A DNA stretch of 64,000 nt from Escherichia coli. GTDB taxonomy: Bacteria > Pseudomonadota > Gammaproteobacteria > Enterobacterales > Enterobacteriaceae. Location: assembly GCF_022846255.1 (NCBI RefSeq), contig NZ_AP025682.1. One strand, 5' to 3'. A model generated the notes under the pieces. That model ran no database searches. It worked only from the letters and a program-made list of their open reading frames with translations, and was not told the DNA's origin. Made by a program: the position numbers and the translations under genes. Below are positions 26,557 through 37,394 of the stretch, in pieces. The first letter of the stretch is position 1; each line of letters starts with the position of its first letter.

Positions 26557-27462
26557 TTAACGCGCCGCTGGACTAAAAAGCGCAGAATAATCCGTATTGC
26601 AGATTCGCTGTACCGCCGGGTGCTGAATCATCCGCTCAGCAAAAATAGCATGGTACTCTTCCATCACATTTTCGACGCGACCAATTTCTACGACAGTTTT
26701 ATCGGCATAAAAGTCATATGCATAAAGCGTTGGGGCAACGAAGATTGCATTGTGCATCGCACCAAAAGCTTTCATCAACGCGGCATCATCAAACTCGCCG
26801 AGGATTTCTACGTTTAATCCCTGGGAGTTAAACCAGTTAAGCAATTTGCGCCCTAACATTGAACGTCGCCCAGGAATCAAAAGCCGCCGTTCTTCCAGAC
26901 AAGCCGGGAACGGTTTTTCCGGTGGTGGATTTGTACACCAGAAACTCACGCCACATTCGCCAATTCTCACGGAGAACAGGCCTTCCTGCTGCGTAGAATC
27001 TATCGGACAGTCGGAAATGATCATATCCAGTTTATGCTGGCTTAATTGCTCCAGCAGCATTTCGTGGGTGGATTCGAAGCAGCGAAGATGAATCGGCTCG
27101 CCTTCTACCACTGCGGCGTTAAGTACGCTACTGACCAGGCGTTTAGAAAGTGCATCAGCCACGCCAACGTCAAACAATAAATTGGATTCTTTGCGATAGT
27201 TCACGATATCCAGCATTTCCTGGCTTAAGGTGAACATTTTATCGGCATAGCGATAGACCAGCTCTCCCAGCTCGCTGGGTTCGAGACCACGTCCCTTGCG
27301 CTTAAATAATTTGCCTTGCAGGCGCTCTTCCAGCGCCCGAATCTGTCCGGTAATGGTTTGTGGTGTTAAATAAAGCGCCTCCGCTGCGCCAACCACGGAA
27401 CCTTCTTTATAGACATGCCAGAAGTAATACAAGTGGTTGTAATTGATATGAGACATGCTCAT
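26557..27462 (-). CDS. nhaR: LysR-family transcriptional activator NhaR
   Basis: ORF 26557..27480; start placed at [14 protein letters not shown] (301 aa). Confidence 0.93.
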   Translation of the reverse strand: MSMSHINYNHLYYFWHVYKEGSVVGAAEALYLTPQTITGQIRALEERLQGKLFKRKGRGLEPSELGELVYRYADKMFTLSQEMLDIVNYRKESNLLFDVGVADALSKRLVSSVLNAAVVEGEPIHLRCFESTHEMLLEQLSQHKLDMIISDCPIDSTQQEGLFSVRIGECGVSFWCTNPPPEKPFPACLEERRLLIPGRRSMLGRKLLNWFNSQGLNVEILGEFDDAALMKAFGAMHNAIFVAPTLYAYDFYADKTVVEIGRVENVMEEYHAIFAERMIQHPAVQRICNTDYSALFSPAAR

Positions 27463-27521
27463 TTCTCTCCCTGATAACAATGAAAAGGGAGCCGTTTATG
27501 GCTCCCCGGTAAACCGTCCTG

Positions 27522-28688
27522 TCAAACTGATGGACGCAAACGAACGCGTAACCAGCTGTATCCAATTACCGCCGAAGAGATAGAACCGACCAGGATACCG
27601 AGTTTCGCCCAGTTAATCAGTTCTGGATCTACGCTACCAAAGGCAAGGCTGGCAATAAAGATAGACATAGTAAAACCGATACCGCACAGGATCCCCACCG
27701 CCATAATTTGCTGATAAGTCGTTCCCTCAGGCAGATGCGCTAGTTTCAAACGCAGCGCCAACCAGCAGAACAGACTAATCCCCAGCGGTTTGCCAATCAG
27801 CAAGCCAGCGATGATCCCCAATGGCAGAATGGAGGTCAAGCCATCCAGCGTGACGCCTTGCAGTGAAACGCCAGCATTAGCAAATGCAAACAGCGGTAAA
27901 ATCAGATACGCCACCCACGGGTGCAACACATGCTCCAGTCGCTTCGCTGGGGAACGCCCATGCTTCTCTTTCAAAGGAATAAAGAAGCCGACAATTACCC
28001 CCGCCAGGGTTGCGTGAACCCCCGATTTCAACACCGCAGTCCACAACACCACGCCAACCAGAATATAGACGCCCGTGCGGCGCACACCACACAGATTCAA
28101 TACCGCGAGTACCGCAATTGCTACAGCCGCGACGCCAAGAGAGGCCATCGATAAGTCATTGGTGTAGAACAATGCGATGATAATGATGGCCCCAAGATCG
28201 TCGATAATAGCCAGAGCCATCAAAAAGATCTTCAGCGCTAACGGAACACGACTTCCCAACAGCGCCAGCACACCAAGTGCAAAGGCAATGTCAGTAGCCG
28301 CCGGGATCGCCCACCCTTCGCGGGTAATCGGATCGGCATAGTTAAAGGCCAGATAGAGCAATGCCGGCACAATCATCCCACCAATAGCGGCGATAACTGG
28401 AAATGCGGCCTGGCGTAAGCTGGCTAGCGATCCTTGCATCAGTTCACGTTTAACTTCCAGACCGACTAACAGGAAAAATACCGCCATCAGCGCGTCATTT
28501 ATCCATAACAGCATGTTTTTGTTGATTTCGAGTGAACCAACCCGGAGCTGAACTGGCGTCTCCAGAAAGTCGTGATACCATCCACTGGTTGCGCCGCTAT
28601 TGGCCATAATCATCGCCAGGATAGCGGCAATGATAAGAATAATGCCTCCCGAGGCATCACTGCTAAAGAATCGATGCAGATGTTTCAC
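27522..28688 (-). CDS. nhaA: Na+/H+ antiporter NhaA
   Basis: 388-aa polytopic membrane ORF, recalled match to NhaA. Confidence 0.95.
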   Translation of the reverse strand: MKHLHRFFSSDASGGIILIIAAILAMIMANSGATSGWYHDFLETPVQLRVGSLEINKNMLLWINDALMAVFFLLVGLEVKRELMQGSLASLRQAAFPVIAAIGGMIVPALLYLAFNYADPITREGWAIPAATDIAFALGVLALLGSRVPLALKIFLMALAIIDDLGAIIIIALFYTNDLSMASLGVAAVAIAVLAVLNLCGVRRTGVYILVGVVLWTAVLKSGVHATLAGVIVGFFIPLKEKHGRSPAKRLEHVLHPWVAYLILPLFAFANAGVSLQGVTLDGLTSILPLGIIAGLLIGKPLGISLFCWLALRLKLAHLPEGTTYQQIMAVGILCGIGFTMSIFIASLAFGSVDPELINWAKLGILVGSISSAVIGYSWLRVRLRPSV

Positions 28689-28939
28689 TTTTTATTTCTC
28701 TTTCAGGTGAATAGATCGTTTTTACTATTTTACCCCGCACGAATCATCGTTAAAATCAGATTATAGTGTAGGAATAATTCGTTTTTTACGAACCATTGAA
28801 GGATTTGTGCCATCAGCGATGAGATGAGTTTTTGACGGCTGTAAGCGCTGACGTGTGACCCTAAGCCCTGATAATCATAGCTTAAGGTGAGGATTTCTGA
28901 GGGATTAATTAGGAAAAGTAATAATAAAATCGCACTGTG

Positions 28940-30184
28940 CTATAGCTGTTTATTCCAGAGATGCTTGAAAATATCTAATGTTGAGACAACATTGGCAGGC
29001 GACATTCGGTTTAATGAGGGTAGAAAGGGATGAGCCTCCAGGAAGTTGATAAAACGAGTCGCGCTTGCTAACGTCGAATACCGCATTTCATTTGCTTTCT
29101 TGTTTCCTGTAAGGTTACAAACAGCCATTGAATAATCACGGGCGGAAAATGCACGCCAAACATTATTTCTCACGCCATCACTCAAAAACAACCGCGGCGG
29201 CGTATCATAATGAGTCGTTTTCTCGCCGCGTTCTTTCACAAATGAAATATGGCACCGGCCTTGATGAATATGCTGTAAATTAGCCATTAGACAACCGCCT
29301 AATATAAAGCACTCGTGATCAAGGTAGTGTTGAATATTTATAGAATATGCTTCAGTCAGTGCTCTAACCAGTTCAAAATGGCGATATGCCGGAAGAACCG
29401 GTTTCACCAGCATCCCCGGATCGTTTTGATGTAATATCGCCCGACCATAATCAATATCAAATAAGGTATCACGCCGCATAGTAAGTAACTCCTTGCGTTG
29501 TACGTGATGCGCCAGTGTACCTGGAGACAAACGCTCTTCATAACTTGATGCATATTGATAATGCGACTCTACCGCTGATGAAGAATAATTTGTTGAAATA
29601 GCGACGACTCTACCGCTTTGTTCTTCTGCGGTAACAAGACTATAAAGATAGTTGTTACTACCGTTAAACTTTACGCGAAAAGCGCGGGTAGCGAGAGAAA
29701 TATCAGAAGCAGAAGAGTACTGGCAACTTTCTTTATAGTTTACTTCCCGGGCTAGTTTCATCAACTCACGGTTAAGCCCTGTGCTATTAAGAAGTAATAA
29801 TTTACGGATATCTGCAAGTGAAGCGCCTTGCTCAATCATCAATGCTAAATGTGTTCTTCGCGGCGTTGTATTTACATGATCCAGAGTGATAAAAGTTCTG
29901 GAACAATGATGACAATACATTCTCCTCTGCCCCTGAGCTGAATAGCCATACTTTTTCAGAGATGTGCTTCCGCAAGCTGAACATTGTGGAACCAACCCTC
30001 TCCATGAATGATTAACACGATTACGATAAATATTAAGAGATCGTTCAGATATCACAGGAAACAAGTAACCGCATTCACGGCATAAAATATTTTTACCCTG
30101 TGCGACATAATCCTGGCTATTCAGCACCCCCAGGTTTTTACATCCTGGTGTTTTGCAACAATCAACATTTACGTTGGTAAACAT
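28940..30184 (-). CDS. Cys-rich protein with tandem zinc-ribbon motifs and putative HTH; function unknown (possible regulator)
   Basis: ORF 28940..30190; ATG at 30184 with GGGAG SD; two CxxC...CxxC pairs in first 100 aa. Confidence 0.6.
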   Translation of the reverse strand: MFTNVNVDCCKTPGCKNLGVLNSQDYVAQGKNILCRECGYLFPVISERSLNIYRNRVNHSWRGLVPQCSACGSTSLKKYGYSAQGQRRMYCHHCSRTFITLDHVNTTPRRTHLALMIEQGASLADIRKLLLLNSTGLNRELMKLAREVNYKESCQYSSASDISLATRAFRVKFNGSNNYLYSLVTAEEQSGRVVAISTNYSSSAVESHYQYASSYEERLSPGTLAHHVQRKELLTMRRDTLFDIDYGRAILHQNDPGMLVKPVLPAYRHFELVRALTEAYSINIQHYLDHECFILGGCLMANLQHIHQGRCHISFVKERGEKTTHYDTPPRLFLSDGVRNNVWRAFSARDYSMAVCNLTGNKKANEMRYSTLASATRFINFLEAHPFLPSLNRMSPANVVSTLDIFKHLWNKQL

Positions 30185-30312
30185 ATCCACTCCCTGCGAA
30201 TAGCCGTATCTTGATATTGTTCAACGCGAAAAGAACCTGATTCAATGCGTAGCACTGAATCAGGCGGGCATAGCCCTAAATGGCATACATTACATTTATT
30301 ATGATTATCAGG

Positions 30313-31806
30313 TTAGCCCCAGGTCACCGCTTCTGGTTTATCACCTCTGGCTTTCATTAGAGAATCATTATCAATATCAGTTTTATATTTTAAAAACTTA
30401 CCATACATCTGTTTTTCAATATCTGGTTTTTTACCGATCAGATTAAGTGTTTCAAAACGATCAGATTTCAGATTGTAGAGATATTTCGGTTTATTATTGC
30501 GATCGATAATCATCTTCCAGTCACCATCACGGATCGCCCATTCATCGGTTGGATCATCCTGGAATGGCATGTCAATTCCGAAGATTAATGGCTTTTCACG
30601 TTTTAGCGCCTTGTTCTCAAGGACAGGAACCAACGATTCGCCATCAAAAGTCCGGTCCGTCGGTAATTTGAAGTTCATCATTTTCGCCAGCGTAGGCATC
30701 CAGTCCAGACCATAAACAGGCGTATCTGAAACCATTCCCTTTGGAAGATGTTTACCGTATTTAATAATTGCCGGAACACGAATTCCGCCTTCCCAAAGGT
30801 TATCCTTGCGACCGCGTAATCCATCCGTTTCCCCTGCCAAATTCAGCTCATACACTTTGCGCGCTTCACGCGTTACCGGACCGTTATCACTGGTAAAAAT
30901 AACGATTGTGTTATCTTCTTCACCCATCGCTTTGATTTTATCCAGCACTTTTCCAACCTGTGCATCCAGATAGCTGATATTGGCATAATATTCCCCCACA
31001 CCACGCCAGGGTTTATCCGCCCAGTCGCCATAAAATAAATCAGGATGCTGCTTCTGATAGTCGCTCATATATTGTGAGTACATGTCGAGGTATTTTTTGG
31101 GCGAAGCCAGGGGACTGTGCACTTCGGTAAAAGCGACATAAAGGAAGAAAGGCTTACTATCCTTTTTGTTATCCAACCAGTTAACGACTTCCGAACTGAC
31201 ATACTCACCACTCATTTTATCGGCACGAGGTGTGGGTTGCCCGTTACGCAACCAACCCGTCGGATACACCATGCCAAAACGGGGACGCTCCTTCGCATTA
31301 TCCAGAGTAGCGTCGGTAACAAAACCCGCCGTATTAACCAGTGAGTAATCAAAGCCCATATCTTTTGCCTGAGGCTGATCGGTACGATCGCCGCCTGCAT
31401 TCAGATGCAGCTTACCCATCATTGCCGTGTCGTACCCTTGCGCTTTGAGTAGATTAGCAATCGTGAGTTCGTTACGCCCTAATGCCACATCTTTTCCCGT
31501 TGGGATCCATGAACGTATGCCGGTACGAAATGGCATCCGCCCCGTTAATAACCCCGCTCGCGAAGGAGAACTTAAGGGAGCTGGTGCATAGTAGTCAGTA
31601 AATTTGACGCCCTCCTGGGCAAGCCTGTCAATATTGGGGGTTTTAACGATCTGATGTCCATATGTTGCTAAATCACCATAGCCTAAATCATCCGCCATAA
31701 TGATGACTAAATTAGGTTGTTTAGTCTCGGCAGCTACGACTGGATTAAAAGCATTCCCTGTGCAAACTGCAAGGCCGATCAAACTGGCCATTAATGTTTT
31801 CTGCAT
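30313..31806 (-). CDS. periplasmic Ser-type sulfatase (arylsulfatase family)
   Basis: ORF 30313..31842; ATG at 31806 with AGGGA SD; signal peptide; sulfatase signature PLSSPSRAGLLTGR with Ser at the formylglycine position. Confidence 0.85.
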   Translation of the reverse strand: MQKTLMASLIGLAVCTGNAFNPVVAAETKQPNLVIIMADDLGYGDLATYGHQIVKTPNIDRLAQEGVKFTDYYAPAPLSSPSRAGLLTGRMPFRTGIRSWIPTGKDVALGRNELTIANLLKAQGYDTAMMGKLHLNAGGDRTDQPQAKDMGFDYSLVNTAGFVTDATLDNAKERPRFGMVYPTGWLRNGQPTPRADKMSGEYVSSEVVNWLDNKKDSKPFFLYVAFTEVHSPLASPKKYLDMYSQYMSDYQKQHPDLFYGDWADKPWRGVGEYYANISYLDAQVGKVLDKIKAMGEEDNTIVIFTSDNGPVTREARKVYELNLAGETDGLRGRKDNLWEGGIRVPAIIKYGKHLPKGMVSDTPVYGLDWMPTLAKMMNFKLPTDRTFDGESLVPVLENKALKREKPLIFGIDMPFQDDPTDEWAIRDGDWKMIIDRNNKPKYLYNLKSDRFETLNLIGKKPDIEKQMYGKFLKYKTDIDNDSLMKARGDKPEAVTWG

Positions 31807-31825
31807 AATTATTCCCTGATGAAAA

Positions 31826-32587
31826 TTAGAAATCATAACCAAGCATATAAATCATTTGATCGCCAAAACCATCGTAGCCCAACTTATTATCGAAATAACG
31901 CCACGTCACACTGGCTTTCCAGCGAGGATAAAACTTCCAGGCCACTGTTAAACCGCCATTTAGCCCATTCCTACCAAATTGTTGTTCCGCATAGGCATCA
32001 TTTCTGTCCAGTTCTATTTCATTCCAGTTAGATAAAACAAATTTTTCGTCAAATAACGTAAAAGGTAATACTGCTGTCCAGCCAACAACATAACCATTCC
32101 AACCATTCGTTTGACCATATTTAGCTGAGACGTAGTCACCAGATTGATTATGTAATCCAATATACGGTTTAAAAAAGCCCCACTCGCCGTTCCAGCCGAG
32201 GTAACCGAATCCATAAAACATATCAAGATCGTCACCCCATGAGTTATCCCATTGGCCATAAATTTTGCCAAAGAATGTCATATCAGAGTCAAAGAGTCTG
32301 ACATGCGTCATTGCTGAAACCGTATGATTTCTCCCTGCTACAGCATGATTGAGTACATTACTTTCATAAAATGAGTAAAATTCTGCTTCTTTAAAATTTA
32401 CCCCAAAATCCGCAGTCACTTTCCATACTTCACCACGGTGAGTGTTTACAAATCCACTATTCCAGTCTGCATAACCCGCATTTATTGAACCAAAGGTTCC
32501 TTTATATTCTAATGAAGAATATGCAGGAAAATGATAGATAGCTGTTATCAGGGTACACGCAATAAGAAGTCGTCTTTTGGCAGACAT
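31826..32587 (-). CDS. small outer-membrane beta-barrel channel (KdgM/NanC- or Tsx-like)
   Basis: 253-aa ORF with signal peptide, aromatic-rich alternating pattern, C-terminal ...GYDF. Confidence 0.6.
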   Translation of the reverse strand: MSAKRRLLIACTLITAIYHFPAYSSLEYKGTFGSINAGYADWNSGFVNTHRGEVWKVTADFGVNFKEAEFYSFYESNVLNHAVAGRNHTVSAMTHVRLFDSDMTFFGKIYGQWDNSWGDDLDMFYGFGYLGWNGEWGFFKPYIGLHNQSGDYVSAKYGQTNGWNGYVVGWTAVLPFTLFDEKFVLSNWNEIELDRNDAYAEQQFGRNGLNGGLTVAWKFYPRWKASVTWRYFDNKLGYDGFGDQMIYMLGYDF

Positions 32588-33098
32588 ATAATATGTTCTC
32601 CATTCATTGTTTTTATGATTCCATAGGAATTAATACACCAGACAATTCATTTTTATTAAGAATGACCAGGCCAGTATATTTAAAGATGACTATCGAAGCG
32701 TGATGAAGATCGCAGATTACTTTTGCGAACGGGCGGAGAGATATCGTGTTTCAGAAAATGTGTCTGTTTTAAATATCACCCTTTGATTTATAGGCATTTT
32801 TCATGATGAACTTAGCATTGACTGCTGAACGTATTTCTTTGTCTCTCTATAGTATTACACTAACCTTTAATAATTAATTTCCTTTAGCTATTCACTTTTG
32901 ATAGAGGAAAACACCTTTTTTTGTGAATCCATGGATATTTTTAAGTTAAATAAATTGATGTATTGAAATATTATTCCGTAAAAATGCGAGGCGTCTTCAG
33001 AAAAAGAATTGATAAAACAGAAGTGAATTAAAAGCGCTGTATAATAGCGGCGGGTGCTTGAGGCTATCTGTCTCAGGCATTAGCTGAACGGCAGATAG

Positions 33099-33153
33099 AG
33101 AAAAGCCCCGAGTGATATTTTACCATCAACCCGAGGCCCCCTATATGCTGAAC
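33099..33153 (-). ncRNA. sokC: sokC antisense RNA of the hokC/mokC type I toxin-antitoxin locus
   Basis: placed by recalled K-12 spacing relative to the mokC start; not verified by structure. Confidence 0.4.
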
Positions 33154-33354
33154 ACATGTAGAGTGCCTCTTACTGACCGTAAGGTCAAGGAGAAGAGAGC
33201 AATGAAGCAGCATAAGGCGATGATTGTCGCCCTGATCGTCATCTGTATCACCGCCGTAGTGGCGGCGCTGGTAACGAGAAAAGACCTCTGTGAGGTTCAC
33301 ATCCGAACTGGCCAGACGGAGGTTGCTGTTTTCACGGCTTACGAATCCGAGTAA
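33145..33354 (+). CDS. mokC: MokC, translational regulator overlapping hokC
   Basis: 69-aa frame MLNTCRVPL... fully containing hokC. Confidence 0.6.
   Translation: MLNTCRVPLTDRKVKEKRAMKQHKAMIVALIVICITAVVAALVTRKDLCEVHIRTGQTEVAVFTAYESE
33202..33354 (+). CDS. hokC: type I toxin HokC (Gef), small membrane toxin
   Basis: 50-aa ORF MKQHKAMIVALIVICITAVVAALVTRKDLCEVHIRTGQTEVAVFTAYESE. Confidence 0.8.
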   Translation: MKQHKAMIVALIVICITAVVAALVTRKDLCEVHIRTGQTEVAVFTAYESE

Positions 33355-33428
33355 GAGCAACGGCGGGGAGTGATCCCCGCCACTTTACAGGTGCTCGCAT
33401 ATCTTCAACGCACCCTGTTTTTTACCTG

Positions 33429-33450
33429 GCCTGCCCACGGGCAGGCTTTT
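33429..33450 (+). terminator. hairpin plus T run downstream of hokC (convergent with dnaJ)
   Basis: gcctgcccacgggcaggc followed by TTTT. Confidence 0.5.
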
Positions 33451-33457
33451 GGGGAGG

Positions 33458-34588
33458 TTAGCGAGTCAGGTCGTCGAAAAACTTCTTCACACCATCAAAG
33501 AAGCTCTTTGAGCGCGGGCTGTTGTGCTCGCCGGTTGGGCCACCGAAGCTTTCTTGCAGCTCTTGCAGCAGCTGTTTCTGCTTCTCGTTCAGGCCTACCG
33601 GTGTTTCGACGACAACGCGGCACAGCAAATCACCCTGTGCGCCACCGCGGACAGACTTGACGCCTTTACCGCGCATACGGAACAGCTTACCGGTCTGGGT
33701 TTCGCCAGGCACTTTCAGTTTGACGCGACCATCAAGAGTCGGTACTTCGATTTCGCCACCCAGCGCCGCCATAGCGAAGTTGATCGGGACTTCGCAATAG
33801 AGGTTGTTGCCTTCACGCTCGAAAATCGGGTGCTGTTTAACCTGAACCTGAACGTACAGATCGCCTGCCGGTGCGCCATGCTCGCCCGCTTCACCTTCGC
33901 CCGCAAGACGGATGCGGTCTCCAGTGTCCACTCCTGCCGGGATTTTAACGGACAGCGTTTTGCTGCGCTCAACACGACCATGACCATGACATTTGTTGCA
34001 CGGATCTTTGATCAGCGTACCGCGGCCCTGACAGTGTGGACAGGTCTGCTGTACAGCGAAGAAGCCCTGACGCATCTGCACCTGACCAGAACCATGACAG
34101 GTCGGACAGGTCTGCGGCTGTGTACCTGGTTTTGCACCGCTACCGTGGCAAACGTCACACTCTTCCAGAGTCGGAATGCGGATCTCTTTGGTCACGCCAC
34201 GTACAGCTTCTTCGAGGGTGAGCTCCATGTTATAGCGTAAATCAGCACCGCGCGCCGCACGTTGACGACCACGTCCGCCGCCAAAAATATCGCCGAAAAC
34301 GTCACCAAAAATATCGCTGAAGTCTGCGCCGCCGCCAAAACCGCCGCCGCCCATGCCGCCTTGCTCAAACGCAGCATGACCATACTGATCGTATGCCGCA
34401 CGTTTTTGCGAGTCGGTCAGAACTTCATAAGCTTCCTTGATCTCTTTAAATTTCGCCTCGGCCTCTTTGTCACCCTGGTTACGGTCCGGGTGGTATTTCA
34501 TGGCCAGGCGTTTGTAGGCCTTTTTGATTTCACGCTCTTCCGCTGTTTTGGAAACGCCTAAAATCTCGTAATAATCTTGCTTAGCCAT
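33458..34588 (-). CDS. dnaJ: chaperone DnaJ (Hsp40)
   Basis: ORF 33458..34618; start placed at [13 protein letters not shown] domain, G/F region, four CxxCxGxG zinc repeats. Confidence 0.95.
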
Positions 34589-34676
34589 CTTTTTTGATTT
34601 GCCCCTAGATGAATGCACGGGCGGAGAGGAAATTCCCCTTCGCCCGTGTCAGTATAATTACCCGTTTATAGGGCGA

Positions 34677-36593
34677 TTATTTTTTGTCTTTGACTTCTTC
34701 AAATTCAGCGTCGACAACATCGTCATCTTTCGCGTTGTTTGCAGAAGCATCAGCACCGGCAGTCTGCTGCTGGGCATGTTGCTGCTGGGCGATTTCCATC
34801 AGTTTCTGGGAAACCTGTGCCAGTTCCTGCATTTTCGCTTCGATAGCGGCTTTGTCTTCACCTTTCAGAGCAGTTTCCAGTGCAGTCAGCGCAGACTCGA
34901 TAGCAGTTTTGTCGTCAGCCGGCAGTTTGTCGCCTGCTTCTTCAACCTGCTTACGGGTGCTGTGCAGCAGATGGTCGCCCTGGTTGCGAGTCTGTACCAG
35001 CTCTTCAAACTTACGGTCAGCTTCGGCGTTAGCTTCTGCGTCGCGTACCATTTTCTGGATTTCATCTTCGTTCAGACCAGAAGAAGCCTTGATAGTGATC
35101 TTCTGCTCTTTACCGCTGTTTTTGTCTTTCGCGGAAACGTGCAGGATACCGTCAGCATCGATATCGAAGGTAACTTCGATCTGCGGCATGCCGCGCGGTG
35201 CCGGGTTGATACCATCCAGGTTGAACTGACCCAGAGATTTGTTATCAGCCGCACGTTTACGTTCACCCTGCAGCACATGGATGGTTACCGCAGACTGGTT
35301 GTCTTCAGCGGTAGAGAACACCTGGCTGTGCTTGGTCGGGATAGTGGTGTTTTTCGCGATCAGCGTGGTCATCACACCGCCCATGGTTTCGATACCCAGA
35401 GACAGCGGGGTAACGTCCAGCAGCAGTACGTCTTTTACGTCACCAGTCAGAACACCACCCTGAACAGCAGCACCGATGGCTACAGCTTCGTCCGGGTTAA
35501 CATCTTTACGCGGCTCTTTACCAAAGAATTCAGCAACTTTCTTCTGAACCATTGGCATACGAGTCTGACCACCAACGAGGATAACGTCGTCGATATCAGA
35601 TACGGACAGGCCAGCGTCCTGCAGTGCAACTTTCAGCGGCTCAATGGAACGGTTTACCAGATCTTCAACCAGGCTTTCCAGTTTCGCACGAGTCACTTTG
35701 ATGTTCATGTGTTTCGGACCGGTCGCGTCTGCAGTGATGTACGGCAGGTTAACGTCGGTCTGCTGAGCGGAAGACAGTTCGATTTTCGCTTTTTCTGCCG
35801 CTTCTTTCAGGCGCTGCATTGCCAGCGGATCGTTGCGCAGGTCAATGCCCTGATCTTTCTTGAATTCTTCAACCAGATAGTTGATCAGACGACTGTCGAA
35901 GTCTTCACCACCCAGGTGGGTATCACCGTTGGTTGCCAGAACTTCGAAGGTTTTTTCGCCGTCAACTTCGTCGATTTCGATAATGGAAATATCGAAAGTA
36001 CCACCACCCAGGTCATAAACCGCGATAGTACGGTTGCCAGTACCTTTGTCCAGACCGTAAGCCAGCGCAGCTGCGGTCGGTTCGTTGATGATACGTTTTA
36101 CTTCCAGACCAGCGATACGGCCTGCGTCTTTGGTTGCCTGACGCTGAGCATCGTTAAAGTATGCCGGTACGGTAATAACAGCTTCAGTTACCGGTTCACC
36201 CAGGTAATCTTCAGCGGTTTTCTTCATTTTTTTCAGCACTTCAGCAGAGATCTGCGGCGGTGCCATTTTCTGGCCTTTAACTTCGACCCATGCGTCGCCG
36301 TTATCAGCAGCAATAATTTTGAACGGCATGATGGAAACATCACGCTGTACTTCTTCGTCCTGGAAGCGGCGGCCAATCAGGCGTTTAATCGCAAACAGGG
36401 TGTTTTGCGGGTTCGTCACTGCCTGACGTTTAGCCGGCTGACCAACCAGAGTTTCACCATCCTGGGTATAGGCAATGATAGAAGGCGTGGTGCGATCGCC
36501 TTCGGCGTTCTCCAGTACACGAGGAGTGGTGCCATCCATAATCGCTACACAAGAGTTGGTAGTACCCAGGTCGATACCAATTATTTTACCCAT
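34677..36593 (-). CDS. dnaK: chaperone DnaK (Hsp70)
   Basis: 638-aa [20 protein letters not shown]... Confidence 0.97.
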
Positions 36594-36640
36594 CTAAACG
36601 TCTCCACTATATATTCGGTCATCATGTGGTTGTGAGTCTG

Positions 36641-36746
36641 TAATAGGGGCGAAACGTCTGGTTTCAACTGCCCAATTTCATTTTTTTGCAGACTCACTCA
36701 CTGCGGTTGACTACTAAATGGGGTCGTAACCCACGTCATCAAGGGG
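36641..36746 (-). promoter_or_regulatory. dnaK heat-shock (sigma-32) promoters P1 and P2
   Basis: minus strand reads CCCCCTTGAT...GACCCCATTTA and TTGAAA...CCCCTATTA upstream of dnaK. Confidence 0.7.
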
Positions 36747-36964
36747 GAGATGCAAAAATTTTTTGTGCTTTTGCGCAGAAATTTCGCGATATGGCAGGAC
36801 AAGACGTGAAACTGACGGCAATTTTATTCATATAAAGAATGAATCGCAGCCAAGGCATTCATCAAAAAATTGTAATAAAAAGAAAATATTACGTGCCTGA
36901 AACTTCTCTTTATCAGCAGTAAACTAGTTTCATCCCCCTACCCCTCCCCACCAAGAGAATCCTT

Positions 36965-37369
36965 ATGAAATCCGTTATTACGATTTCCGCCAGCCTGGCG
37001 ATTAGCCTGATGCTGTGCTGCACGGCGCAGGCAAACGACCATAAAATCCTCGGCGTCATTGCAATGCCGCGAAACGAAACCAACGATCTGGCGCTGAAAC
37101 TTCCTGTTTGTCGCATTGTTAAACGCATACAACTCTCAGCCGACCATGGCGATTTGCAGTTAAGCGGTGCATCGATTTATTTCAAAGCCACCCGAAGCGC
37201 CAGTCAGACCCTGAATATTCCTTCAGAAATAAAAGAAGGGCAAACCACTGACTGGATCAACATTAACAGCGATAACGACAACAAACGCTGCGTCTCAAAA
37301 ATCACCTTTTCCGGTCATACAGTGAACTCATCGGATATGACCACGCTGAAAATTATCGGCGACGACTAA
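36965..37369 (+). CDS. yaaI: secreted protein of unknown function YaaI (DUF2541)
   Basis: 134-aa ORF with signal peptide; K-12 position next to dnaK. Confidence 0.85.
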   Translation: MKSVITISASLAISLMLCCTAQANDHKILGVIAMPRNETNDLALKLPVCRIVKRIQLSADHGDLQLSGASIYFKATRSASQTLNIPSEIKEGQTTDWININSDNDNKRCVSKITFSGHTVNSSDMTTLKIIGDD

Positions 37370-37394
37370 CGCCAGAATATAGAAACCACAAAAA

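Noticed and set aside
28940-30184. Cys-rich protein as the anaerobic sulfatase-maturating enzyme
   Set aside because: No radical-SAM CxxxCxxC cluster near the N-terminus; the cysteines are arranged as zinc-ribbon pairs instead.
34589-34676. dnaK-dnaJ intergenic hairpin region, sometimes listed as small RNA tpke11
   Set aside because: Only an 88-bp spacer with a stem-loop; I cannot support an independent RNA gene from sequence alone.
34599-36635. 678-aa ORF on the plus strand covering dnaK
   Set aside because: Antisense shadow ORF of dnaK; no ribosome-binding site and no recognisable protein features.
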